From assembly GCA_015061915.1 (NCBI GenBank), contig SUVR01000011.1, positions 22,972 to 86,971 on the forward strand: a DNA stretch of 64,000 bases. Reading direction: 5' to 3'. Position 1 is the first letter of the stretch, and every line of letters begins with the position of its first letter. Made by a program: the position numbers and the translations under genes. The DNA comes from Lentisphaerota bacterium (GTDB lineage: Bacteria > Verrucomicrobiota > Lentisphaeria > Victivallales > UBA1829). Shown one piece after another: positions 10,201 through 18,025 of this stretch. The notes under the pieces are model-generated. The model did no database searches. It was not told the DNA's origin and saw only the letters and a list, made by a program, of their open reading frames with translations.

Positions 10201-11336
10201 TCGGCGTCACACTGTTTGAACAAATCTTTGTTCTTGTCGTAAGTTTTCAGCGCTTTTTCGTGTTCGCCGAGGTGATAGTATGCCTGCGTGATGTTGGCGA
10301 CAGCCATGAAGAAACAGGCATCCAGACCGCCCCACTGGACTTCTTCCATATCCGTGAGGGCTTTGTAGACAACGTCCTGCCAGTCATTGTTGTCCCGGAT
10401 CGCAAGGATATTGAGTTCCTGCGGGGAAAGGCGGGTACGCCCCTTGAGGATCAGTTTCATACGGGCGGGCTGCAGGGCCTTGACTTTTTCCAGCGATGCA
10501 AGTTCTTCAGCGGCATCTTCTTTCATGCCGATGGTTTTTGCAATGTTCTTGTACGCATTGACATAATTTGCGCCGTGAACTTTTGCTGCGGCAGCGTTAC
10601 CGCCCATAATGGCTTTGCTGTAATTGTTCCAGTGGTTTTTACGCTGATTTTCCAGACTGTCCAGCGCCTTCTTTTTTGCAGCGTCGGTTGCTGCGGTTTT
10701 CCACTTTGCATTGTATTCATCTTTCAATGCTTTCAACCGTTCGCCGAAGGTCTCTTTCATATTTTCGATACAGGAAAGACCGTAGCGGGCCTGCGCCAGT
10801 TTCATTTCCCGTTCGGAGCGTTCGGAATCGCCTTCTTCCAGACGGGCGAGGATGGCGAGCAGTTCCTGCGCTTCAGCCGCTCTGCCCTGATCCTGATAGG
10901 CGGTGAGCAGCCACGCCAGTGCCATTTTGTATTTGTGTTGCAGGCTGTTCTGCATTGCATATTCCTTGACGGCAACGAGCATGGGTAGACCTTCTGCGAA
11001 TTTGCGCTGGCGGACATAGAAGATACCGATCCCTGCCTGGGCATCAAAGTATGCCGGGGAGGTCTTGGGCAGGCTGTTGATGATCTCCATTGCTTCATCC
11101 ATTTTGCCCTGAACGACAAAGTTTTCGGCTTTCTGGGCGCGCAGTTCCAGATTGTCCTTGTTCTCTGCCAGCAACCCATCGATCAGATTCTGTGCATAGT
11201 CCTGCAGATTGATGTCATTCAGCTCTTTAGCAAGCTGGATGTCCCGATCGAACTGCTGGGCTGAAAGTCCGGCGCAGCACATACCGAAAGCGATTCCGGC
11301 AAGTACTTTTCCGGTCAGGTAACGTTTTTTCAACAT
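7254..11336 (-). CDS. Giant secreted TPR/helical-repeat protein (1360 aa) with a central Ala/Pro-rich and coiled-coil segment
   Basis: The ATG has AAGGAG upstream. It has an N-terminal signal-like segment, many TPR-like repeats, and a central ...AAPAPVVAAPAAPANPNDPK... linker followed by a Lys/Glu/Ala-rich coiled coil. It is the first gene of the exbBD operon. Confidence 0.75.
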   Translation of the reverse strand: MLKKRYLTGKVLAGIAFGMCCAGLSAQQFDRDIQLAKELNDINLQDYAQNLIDGLLAENKDNLELRAQKAENFVVQGKMDEAMEIINSLPKTSPAYFDAQAGIGIFYVRQRKFAEGLPMLVAVKEYAMQNSLQHKYKMALAWLLTAYQDQGRAAEAQELLAILARLEEGDSERSEREMKLAQARYGLSCIENMKETFGERLKALKDEYNAKWKTAATDAAKKKALDSLENQRKNHWNNYSKAIMGGNAAAAKVHGANYVNAYKNIAKTIGMKEDAAEELASLEKVKALQPARMKLILKGRTRLSPQELNILAIRDNNDWQDVVYKALTDMEEVQWGGLDACFFMAVANITQAYYHLGEHEKALKTYDKNKDLFKQCDAEYKKNKEPIENSPTADARMWEGYNCLALAKQLEKKDKKQALKYYKRAFVAFGQLLMNYPRHRDGAKNFPVLLELVEKLKALEPRMANALDTQLARVPKPERKASAGAEVEIEDLVPPLPAQQFKDGSTLASDNMKKDRTPNKSTDADWAKCREHFMVVDNELTPIMQGKRLSNGLPKVLNHLLIANGYLGNIFKFRTLVQLSEFMHRDNDLVHHGIAVGANALWMYAERYEAAGAHDVARRLQDETMKIYDTFLRLAPSHPYAPNVAIRLASVEFIRANEIGLKINEKQNAGAQPEEIEKLKKEWIAGFDRALARFEFIFNNFSNRKEFIDKSYELAIESYRLTNRLVEAADMCDRFCEAGSEDAFKILKAKMDTASNLYRHIQENLRAQNKDLQAELDQIVDPVKPAELSAETLELLKKAELQPAAPAPVVAAPAAPANPNDPKVAKANEEARQLAAAREAKARYDADLKAYEQAVEDFKPQLEKREKLKAQIAANEAKIPELSRRAIKAINELRSWIQPGSPFLNSVKEQIVADVAAKSQAAKTDAQKQEISRQIQSVANNKIATELYRADTIMPWLCEDAGDAEIAIKEFLAASEKYSASELAKEANDTTKKYKSFVPGYLMKAGMLYLEAGKDKEAQEVFDQLAREYSDRPEGKDVQYYLAKSLYKSGKLAQSIAKFYEIMSKPELEKTLTVGKYREISSLMLECSDPAQRPNAADISQRATEKLLALLKKDIKPEDWVAPATAKMFREDPEKLKKFVDNMRNMLNKSKADANIIIANFLQTSDPAKAETYLKEALEAYLYLIPDSMRHKSDNPDYYEILFNRAELRRRLKDYDSASKDLIAVSRRANSGSSKGPTVIGFYYKAQDKLGNIYFEQSLGTDKDLIRKAHAAYMIVAALNYAKPSQETAAPKLDESASAKAKLEAQAIKEGAEALEEAVFMSAKTASLLGDTANTQRMAKKYMDYYPEGKFIGEAKRLAQ

Positions 11337-11462
11337 ACCATTTTCTCCTTGCGATCTTGTTTTTTATCTCAATCTATGTTTCTTCATCTTTTCAGTCAGC
11401 TGTACTAAAAATACCGGCAGAAAATACCGGTGTAATCGCACTGTTTTACAGCTTCATTGGAA

Positions 11463-11491
11463 ATTATATATGCAAAAGAAGAAAAAGTCAA
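11463..11491 (-). promoter_or_regulatory. Sigma70-type promoter of the TPR-exbBD operon
   Basis: On the minus strand: TTGACT, 17 nt, TATAAT. It lies about 130 nt upstream of the 1360-aa gene. Confidence 0.45.
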
Positions 11492-11574
11492 GTTTTTTCT
11501 GTAATTTTTTTGTGGATATTGCGAAAAAACAATGCTTTTTATAATAATATATCGTCCGGATGACTTTCTTTTAC

Positions 11575-11608
11575 AAAAAAATACCCGGTCCGCAGGAGGG
11601 AGCCGGGT
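11575..11608 (-). terminator. Intrinsic terminator downstream of murC
   Basis: On the minus strand: ACCCGG...CCGGGT hairpin followed by a T-run. Confidence 0.55.
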
Positions 11609-11634
11609 AAAGCGGATCGAATCGGAACGGTCCG

Positions 11635-13047
11635 TTATTCTGTCAGGGATTTTGCCCAGACGGAGAGGGAATTATCCCGTGCCCCCATAACGACGACCGT
11701 TTCACAGCCGGTCAGGTTGGCTTTCAGGAAGTCCTCTGCTTCGGTACGATTGGAAAAACAGGGATATCGTTCCGGTTTTCCGGAGCGGGTCCGGTAGTCT
11801 TCCGCCACTTCGCAGGCACTGGGCTTGAAACTGCTGGTGCCGCCCGCATAGTAAACCGGCAGCAGTCCGAAGATGTCTCCATCCTCCAGCTTTTCTTCCA
11901 GCATCTCAAAAAGGACTTCTCTCATATCGCCGAAAGGTTTGAACCCGTGTGGCTGGAACAGCAGAACGACTCTGCCGCAGGAAATGCTTTTTGCCGCATC
12001 CAGACAGGAGATGATCTTTTCCGGATTGTGTGCATAATCGTCATAGACCGGGCAGCCGTTTTTCATCCTGCCTGCCAGATCAAACCGGCGCCAGACTCCA
12101 TTGAAATCGGTGGCTGCTTTGTATGCCGCATCTTTGGCAAAGCCCATCTGGATCAGAACGCCGTAGACCGCCAGCGTGTTCAACGCATTGTGATGCCCCG
12201 GCGCCCGCATGGCTGTTTCCGGGTGAGAATCGAACGCACAAAACGCACCGCCGCAGCCCGCATGGTAGGAGTCCAGTTCCAGACAGGGATAATCCGCCGG
12301 AACGGGGTCGGTGCTGTCCCGGAAGACAAGCACATTTTTCCCCGCGCAGACTTCTGTGCCGACTGCTGCAAGAACGGATGATGCAAGCACAATGTTGCGC
12401 CGGGTATTCCGGATGAACTGCCGGAACACTTCCGCCAGAACATCTTTCGGATAATGGTCGGTACCGATGTTCAGGATCACCGCTGTGTCCGCAGTGTAAT
12501 TCAGCAGACTTTTATCGCTTTCGTCTGCTTCGACAACAAAGATCTTTCCCGCACCCGCCCGGAAGTTCCCCGCAAGGGAATCAGAGACAAAGGCGTTGAC
12601 CAATCCGCCGCAGATCACCCCCGGTTCCGCTCCGAGATGATACAGCGCCTCTGCCAGCTGCGAGGTCACACTGGTCTTTCCGCAAGTCCCTGCAACGGCA
12701 ATCATATTTTCCGTCTGAACGGACTCCACCAGATACTTCAGTGCATCGGAACGGTGCAGCCGGGGCGTTCCTGCCGGGGCTTTGGCAAAGTCCGGATTGT
12801 CTTCTTCAATGGCGGTGGAATAGACCAAGGCATCCGGAGTCACTTCATCGTAGACCGAACCATCCTGGGGGAAGATCCGGACTCCCTGTGCCTTCAGGGC
12901 GTTGAAGATCCGGGCATTTTCCGGCGATGCCGCCGCCCGGTCGCTGCCGGTGGTAACGATCCCCTGTGCCGCACTCATCTGGGCAAGGGCGCTCATACCG
13001 ATGCCGCCTGCACCGACAAAATGCAGAGACGTGAATTTTTTGCTCAT
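11635..13047 (-). CDS. murC: UDP-N-acetylmuramate--L-alanine ligase (Mur ligase family)
   Basis: 470 aa. It has the N-terminal HFVGAGGIGMSALA Rossmann motif typical of MurC and the Mur-ligase P-loop AVAGTCGKTS. The MurC versus Mpl call rests on the N-terminal motif only. Confidence 0.8.
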   Translation of the reverse strand: MSKKFTSLHFVGAGGIGMSALAQMSAAQGIVTTGSDRAAASPENARIFNALKAQGVRIFPQDGSVYDEVTPDALVYSTAIEEDNPDFAKAPAGTPRLHRSDALKYLVESVQTENMIAVAGTCGKTSVTSQLAEALYHLGAEPGVICGGLVNAFVSDSLAGNFRAGAGKIFVVEADESDKSLLNYTADTAVILNIGTDHYPKDVLAEVFRQFIRNTRRNIVLASSVLAAVGTEVCAGKNVLVFRDSTDPVPADYPCLELDSYHAGCGGAFCAFDSHPETAMRAPGHHNALNTLAVYGVLIQMGFAKDAAYKAATDFNGVWRRFDLAGRMKNGCPVYDDYAHNPEKIISCLDAAKSISCGRVVLLFQPHGFKPFGDMREVLFEMLEEKLEDGDIFGLLPVYYAGGTSSFKPSACEVAEDYRTRSGKPERYPCFSNRTEAEDFLKANLTGCETVVVMGARDNSLSVWAKSLTE

Positions 13048-13904
13048 TTCTGCAGACCGGCTTCCTTCATGAGAACTTCGCGGATGAACTGGGGAAGCGT
13101 CATTTTCTTTGCCTTTGCCGCAGCATTGATCGCTTCAAATTCCTCTTCATTGAAGAGACGCATATTGATGAGCTGGGTATTGGGCATTTTGCGCCAGACT
13201 TCCCGGTCGATTTCGTCCACTTCCGCATCGGTCATACCGAAGCCTTTGAGGATGCCCCGTGCCATCATCTTATACCCGCGGGGAGTCATGTGGACACCGT
13301 CAGATGTTACAACCGTGCTGGTGATTTTGCCGTTGACCATATGCTGCTTGACGACTTCCCACATGGGGGTGTTCAGGTCCACAAAAATATAGCCGCGTTT
13401 TGCTGCAAATTCTTTCAGGAATGCGTTGTACGGGGCGAGTTTGGCATTCTTGGCGCCGTCCATCGGGTCCCGCTCAAAAATCGTCGCGGAAAGGATCATC
13501 AGCTTTACACCTGCTTTATCCGCTTTATCTGCGAGTTCAGCAACTTCTTTTTTGTACTGTTCCAGGGAAATACCTCTCGGACCGTGCCAGACGTCATTGA
13601 TCCCGCAGCTCAAGGTCATCCATGTAGCCTTTTTGTCAATCACGTCCCGCTGCATACGGGCGTTCATTTGGTTGGATTTATGACCGCTGATACCGGCACC
13701 GATGGTCTTGACATCCAGTTTTTTATACTTCAATGCTTCGCCCACCAGTTTGCAATAGCCCTGGGCGTGTCCCCAGCCGCCGGCAGTGATGGAATCACCC
13801 ATAAAGGCGAGAGTGTCGCCGCTTTTGATCTTGAGTTCACCGGCAGAGAGGGTCACGGCACAGAGGCTGACGGAGAGGATAGCAATCAGTTTTTTTACGT
13901 TCAT
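13044..13904 (-). CDS. Secreted SGNH/GDSL hydrolase with a C-terminal ribbon-helix-helix-like tail
   Basis: It has a signal peptide, the GDSITAGG block I motif, and a DGVHMT block V. The last ~45 aa (INMRLFNEEEFEAINAAAKAKKMTLPQFIREVLMKEA) look like a CopG/RHH module. Its stop overlaps the murC start (ATGA). Confidence 0.8.
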   Translation of the reverse strand: MNVKKLIAILSVSLCAVTLSAGELKIKSGDTLAFMGDSITAGGWGHAQGYCKLVGEALKYKKLDVKTIGAGISGHKSNQMNARMQRDVIDKKATWMTLSCGINDVWHGPRGISLEQYKKEVAELADKADKAGVKLMILSATIFERDPMDGAKNAKLAPYNAFLKEFAAKRGYIFVDLNTPMWEVVKQHMVNGKITSTVVTSDGVHMTPRGYKMMARGILKGFGMTDAEVDEIDREVWRKMPNTQLINMRLFNEEEFEAINAAAKAKKMTLPQFIREVLMKEAGLQK

Positions 13905-13980
13905 ACGGAATTTTCCTTTCGTTTTAGCAGTTGACTGGTGAATTATAACGCCACTTTTTCAAAAATGCAAATACATGAAT

Positions 13981-14008
13981 TTGAAAAATCTCTATTTTGT
14001 ACTATATT
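13981..14008 (+). promoter_or_regulatory. Sigma70-type promoter of trmO-ispH
   Basis: TTGAAA, 16 nt, TATATT. Confidence 0.45.
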
Positions 14009-14038
14009 TATTGCAGCAAGTAACAGGAAAGGATGATT

Positions 14039-14875
14039 ATGGCAGGCGGAATTCATTACGATTCTTTTTCATTTCAACCCTTGGCGTACATCCGGACAGC
14101 GGCGCGGTACCGGTACGAGGAGCCGCGTCAGTCAGTCTTTTCTCCCACTCCGGCACGGCTGGAGTTCGTTTCCGAGGCCCGATTCCGGGATGCTCTTGCT
14201 GACCTGGAAGGCTTTGAACGGATCTGGATCATTGCGGTGTTTCATCTGAATGTAAATCCGGACCGGACCGCCAACTGGAATCCGAAAGTCCGCCCCCCGG
14301 TCACCCCGGAGGACCGGAAGTATGGAGTTTTTTCCACCCGGTCGCCCCACCGTCCAAACCCCATTGCGCTTTCCTGTACCGAGATCGATCACATCGAAGG
14401 GACCGTGATTCATCTGAAATCCTGCGATCTTCTGGATGGTACCCCCGTTCTTGACATCAAGCCCTACATCCCCGAGGCGGATTCCTTTCCGGAATCGGCG
14501 GCGGGCTGGCGGGATCAGCTCCGGGAAGATGTGTGGACGATCGACTATGCACCGGCGTTTCTGGCGCAGGCGGAATTTCTGCGGGAGTTCGGGGCGCCGG
14601 ATATGCTGGCATTCTGCCGGATCCAGCTTTCCATCAATCCCCTTGACAGAACCCGGAAACGGCTGGAGCCGCTGGAGAACGGAATGTATGCCATCGGCTG
14701 CCGCACCTGGCGGATCCATTTCAAGGTGGAGCCCGAAAAGAAGCGGCTGGCTGTCTACGGGATCGTTTCCCACTATCTGCCGGAGGAACTTTTGCCCGGT
14801 ACTGAAGATAAGTACGGCGATAAAGACATCCACCGGGCGTTTCTCGCCGGACCCGGCAGAAAGTATGGCGTATGA
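14039..14875 (+). CDS. trmO: tRNA (m6t6A37) methyltransferase TrmO (TsaA/YaeB family)
   Basis: It has a TsaA-like domain (FSTRSPHRPNPIALS..., LLDGTPVLDIKPYIP). ATGs occur at 14033 and 14039; GGAAAGG abuts the first, so 14039 has the better spacing. Confidence 0.8.
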   Translation: MAGGIHYDSFSFQPLAYIRTAARYRYEEPRQSVFSPTPARLEFVSEARFRDALADLEGFERIWIIAVFHLNVNPDRTANWNPKVRPPVTPEDRKYGVFSTRSPHRPNPIALSCTEIDHIEGTVIHLKSCDLLDGTPVLDIKPYIPEADSFPESAAGWRDQLREDVWTIDYAPAFLAQAEFLREFGAPDMLAFCRIQLSINPLDRTRKRLEPLENGMYAIGCRTWRIHFKVEPEKKRLAVYGIVSHYLPEELLPGTEDKYGDKDIHRAFLAGPGRKYGV

Positions 14876-15729
14876 TGGAGATCCGTCTGGCGGAGGTGTA
14901 CGGTTTCTGCGCCGGCGTGCGCAGAGCGGTGGATATCGTGGAAAATGCACTGAAAGAACAGAAAAAACTGTTTCTGATCCATGAACTTGTACATAATGAA
15001 CAGGTGACAGAAGAACTTGCTGCCAAAGGAGTTGTGTCCGTATCCAGTCTGGATGATGTCCCGGAAGGTGCCACATTGATCGTCAGTGCCCACGGTGCCG
15101 TACCGCAGATCTTTGCAGCGGCAAAACAGAAAAAACTGAAAGTGATCGATGCAACCTGTCCTCTCGTCCGGAAAGTACAGCAGAGTGCCGGAGAACTGAC
15201 CGGGCAGGGGTATCATGTATTGCTTTTCGGCAAGAAACAGCACCGGGAAGTGGAGGGAATCGTCGGGTATGCGGTTCCGGAGATGTGTACCGTGCTGGAG
15301 AACCGGACTGCGGTTGATGATTTTTGCCCGGAAGCCGGAAAAAAATATGCCACGCTTTCGCAGACAACGCTGAATGAACAGGAAATCGCAGAGATGAATC
15401 TGTTGCTTCAGAAAAAGATCCCCGACCTTCTGATTTCCGGAAATGTCTGTCACGCCACCGGCGAACGCCAGAACGCTGTCCGTCAGTTGGCGGAAGAATG
15501 TGATGCCATATTGATCATCGGATCGTTGAACAGCTCCAATACGCTCCGGCTTCTGGAGGTGGCAAGAGAAAAATGCCCCCGTGCTTATCTGGTGTCAAGT
15601 CCGGATGATCTGCCGGATCTGACCGGAATCGAAGTGTTGGGCGTTTCCGCAGGCGCTTCTGCACCCGAATCGTTGATCCGGGATGTGCTGCAGAAAATCA
15701 GTTGTCAAGATTCCACAACTTGCGGTTGA
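14872..15729 (+). CDS. ispH: 4-hydroxy-3-methylbut-2-enyl diphosphate reductase
   Basis: 285 aa with the conserved YGFCAGVRRA, SAHG and ATCPLV motifs of IspH/LytB. It overlaps the trmO stop by 4 nt. Confidence 0.9.
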   Translation: MMEIRLAEVYGFCAGVRRAVDIVENALKEQKKLFLIHELVHNEQVTEELAAKGVVSVSSLDDVPEGATLIVSAHGAVPQIFAAAKQKKLKVIDATCPLVRKVQQSAGELTGQGYHVLLFGKKQHREVEGIVGYAVPEMCTVLENRTAVDDFCPEAGKKYATLSQTTLNEQEIAEMNLLLQKKIPDLLISGNVCHATGERQNAVRQLAEECDAILIIGSLNSSNTLRLLEVAREKCPRAYLVSSPDDLPDLTGIEVLGVSAGASAPESLIRDVLQKISCQDSTTCG

Positions 15730-16447
15730 TTCTGTCGTATAACCCGGGCAGCAGCGCCCGGACGAAGAACAACGCAAAAGAAAGACTGCGCGGGTAGGTG
15801 ATCCGCTGTTTTTTCCGTTTCCATGCCGAGTAGACCGTTTTTGCCAGATCCCGGGGAGAGTGGGAGGATGATCCGGGCGAGTTGGGCGGCTTGCGGGTGC
15901 CGCAGGAACGGGAGGAAAAACCCGTATTGACCTGTCCGGGAGCAACATCCAGCACGTGAATGTGATGTTTGCGGATCTCCTGCCGCAACGAGTTGGAGAA
16001 CATGGCAAGAGCCGCTTTCGCCGCACAATACGCCCCCATACACGGGACCCAGATCCGTCCCGCTGCACTGGAAATGTTGATGACGGATCCGTGAGCCGCC
16101 GCCAGTTGCGGCAGCAGGATCTTTGTCAGTGCGACCGGCGCAAAGAAATCCAGTTCAAAAACTTCCCGCAACTCGTTTTCGTCCATCTCCTCCCAGGTGG
16201 CGTAGATCCCTTTCCCCGCATTATTGATGAGGATGTCCAGCCCGCCGCCGGTGATGGCAGCAACTTGATTTGCGATCCGCTCCCGGTCCGCCGGAAGAGT
16301 GATGTCCGCCCCGATCCAATGGAGCGAATCGGGCAATCCTTCCGGTTGACTCCGGCTGACCCCGATCACCGTAATACCGCACTCCGTAAAATATTGCGCC
16401 ATGGCTTTCCCAAGCCCGCTGGAAACACCCGTGATCAATGCGTACAT
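15698..16447 (-). CDS. SDR-family oxidoreductase
   Basis: TGVSSGLG glycine motif, NNAG, and YCAAK catalytic motif. Confidence 0.8.
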   Translation of the reverse strand: MYALITGVSSGLGKAMAQYFTECGITVIGVSRSQPEGLPDSLHWIGADITLPADRERIANQVAAITGGGLDILINNAGKGIYATWEEMDENELREVFELDFFAPVALTKILLPQLAAAHGSVINISSAAGRIWVPCMGAYCAAKAALAMFSNSLRQEIRKHHIHVLDVAPGQVNTGFSSRSCGTRKPPNSPGSSSHSPRDLAKTVYSAWKRKKQRITYPRSLSFALFFVRALLPGLYDRINRKLWNLDN

Positions 16448-16563
16448 TCTGTAGTCCTTTCTTTTCTGTTATTTGTCTGCTCAAAAGAATATGGCACGGG
16501 TTTGAAAAATATCAAGCCCTTTTCAGAGGAAGATCCGGAAAATCAGGCGCACAGGCGGCAGCC

Positions 16564-16679
16564 GCGCCGCAGCCGGAGAGCTGCGGCGCAGCATCCCGGC
16601 ACAAAAAAAGCACCCGGGAAAGGGGGCTTTTTTGTGCCGGGATGCCAGCCCTTGTTGAAAACATCGTTTTCAACAAGGG
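16564..16679 (-). terminator. Three consecutive perfect hairpins downstream of serS (terminator cluster)
   Basis: The stems are 10 bp (16564-16589), 18 bp with A6/T6 ends (16591-16645) and 14 bp (16649-16679). Confidence 0.45.
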
Positions 16680-16718
16680 TGGGCTGCCGCCCGTGCGTGC
16701 GGAATCAAACCGGTTGAC

Positions 16719-18008
16719 TTACTTCTTATTCGGGACCAGTTTTTCCAGCTTGCAGTAGGGGCGCAGGACTTCCGGGATGGTCACGCTGCCATCGGCCTGG
16801 AGATGATTTTCCAGGAAGGCGATGAGCATCCGCGGGGGTGCCACCACGGTATTGTTCAGGGTATGAGCGTAATATTTGCTCTTGTCGGCGCCGTTTACGC
16901 GGATCTTGAGTCTGCGTGCCTGAGCATCGCCCAGAGTGGAGCAGGAACCGACTTCAAAATATTTCTGCTGACGGGGAGACCAGGCTTCCACGTCCACGGA
17001 CTTGACTTTCAGGTCTGCCAGGTCGCCGGAGCAGCATTCCAGCGTCCGGACGGGGATGTCCATGGAGCGGAACAGATCCACGGTATTCTGCCAGAGTTTA
17101 TCGAACCATGCCATACTTTCTTCCGGCTTGCAGATCACGATCATTTCCTGTTTTTCAAACTGATGGATCCGGTACACGCCCCGTTCTTCGATCCCGTGAG
17201 CGCCTTTTTCTTTACGGAAGCAGGGGGAATAGCTGGTCAGGGTGATGGGCAGCTGTTCTTCCGGGATGATCTGGTCGATGAACTTCCCGATCATGGAGTG
17301 TTCGCTGGTGCCGATGAGGAACAGGTCTTCTCCTTCGATCTTATACATCATGGATTCCATTTCGGCGAAACTCATCACACCGGAGACCACGCTGGAGCGG
17401 ATCATAAACGGGGGGATGCAGTAGGTGAAGCCCCGTTCGATCATGAAGTCGCGGGCGTAGCTGAGGATGGCGGAATGGAGTCTGGCAATATCGCCCATCA
17501 GGTAGTAGAACCCGTTACCGGCAACGCGGCGTGCGCTGTCCAGATCGATCCCGCAGAAAGATTCCATAATTTCAGTGTGATAAGGAATCTCAAAATCCGG
17601 CACCACGGGTTCGCCGTAGCGCTGGACTTCCACGTTTTCCGCATCGCTTTTGCCGATGGGAACGCTGGCGTCGATAATGTTCGGCAGCACCATCATGATC
17701 TTGGTGAGGGCTGCTTCCACATTGGCTTCTTCCTCGGAAAGTTTTTCGATCTGGGCGCCATCGTTGGCGACTTCCTGTTTGACGGCTTCGGCTTCATCTT
17801 TTTTGCCCTGTTTCATGAGCATACCGATCTGCTTGCTGGCGGCGTTGCGCTTGGCGAGCAGAGCCTGAACTTCCGTCTTGATCGTACGATTGCGCTTATC
17901 CAGTTCGATCGCTTCATCCACCATGGGCAGCTTGTGATCCTGGAATTTTTTACGGATGTTTTCGCGGATCAGATCCGGATTATCCCGGAGCAGTTTAATA
18001 TCGAGCAT
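16719..18008 (-). CDS. serS: Seryl-tRNA synthetase
   Basis: 429 aa with the MLDIKLLRDNP N-terminal coiled-coil arm and class II aaRS motifs. Confidence 0.95.
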   Translation of the reverse strand: MLDIKLLRDNPDLIRENIRKKFQDHKLPMVDEAIELDKRNRTIKTEVQALLAKRNAASKQIGMLMKQGKKDEAEAVKQEVANDGAQIEKLSEEEANVEAALTKIMMVLPNIIDASVPIGKSDAENVEVQRYGEPVVPDFEIPYHTEIMESFCGIDLDSARRVAGNGFYYLMGDIARLHSAILSYARDFMIERGFTYCIPPFMIRSSVVSGVMSFAEMESMMYKIEGEDLFLIGTSEHSMIGKFIDQIIPEEQLPITLTSYSPCFRKEKGAHGIEERGVYRIHQFEKQEMIVICKPEESMAWFDKLWQNTVDLFRSMDIPVRTLECCSGDLADLKVKSVDVEAWSPRQQKYFEVGSCSTLGDAQARRLKIRVNGADKSKYYAHTLNNTVVAPPRMLIAFLENHLQADGSVTIPEVLRPYCKLEKLVPNKK

Positions 18009-18025
18009 TGTTCTTTCTCCTTACA

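Noticed and set aside
7527-10988. 1153-aa ORF antisense to the giant TPR gene
   Set aside because: It has no start context, and its composition is Phe/Leu/Gly/Cys-rich. That composition mirrors the Lys/Glu/Ala codons of the real gene. The sense-strand protein has a coherent signal peptide and TPR repeats.
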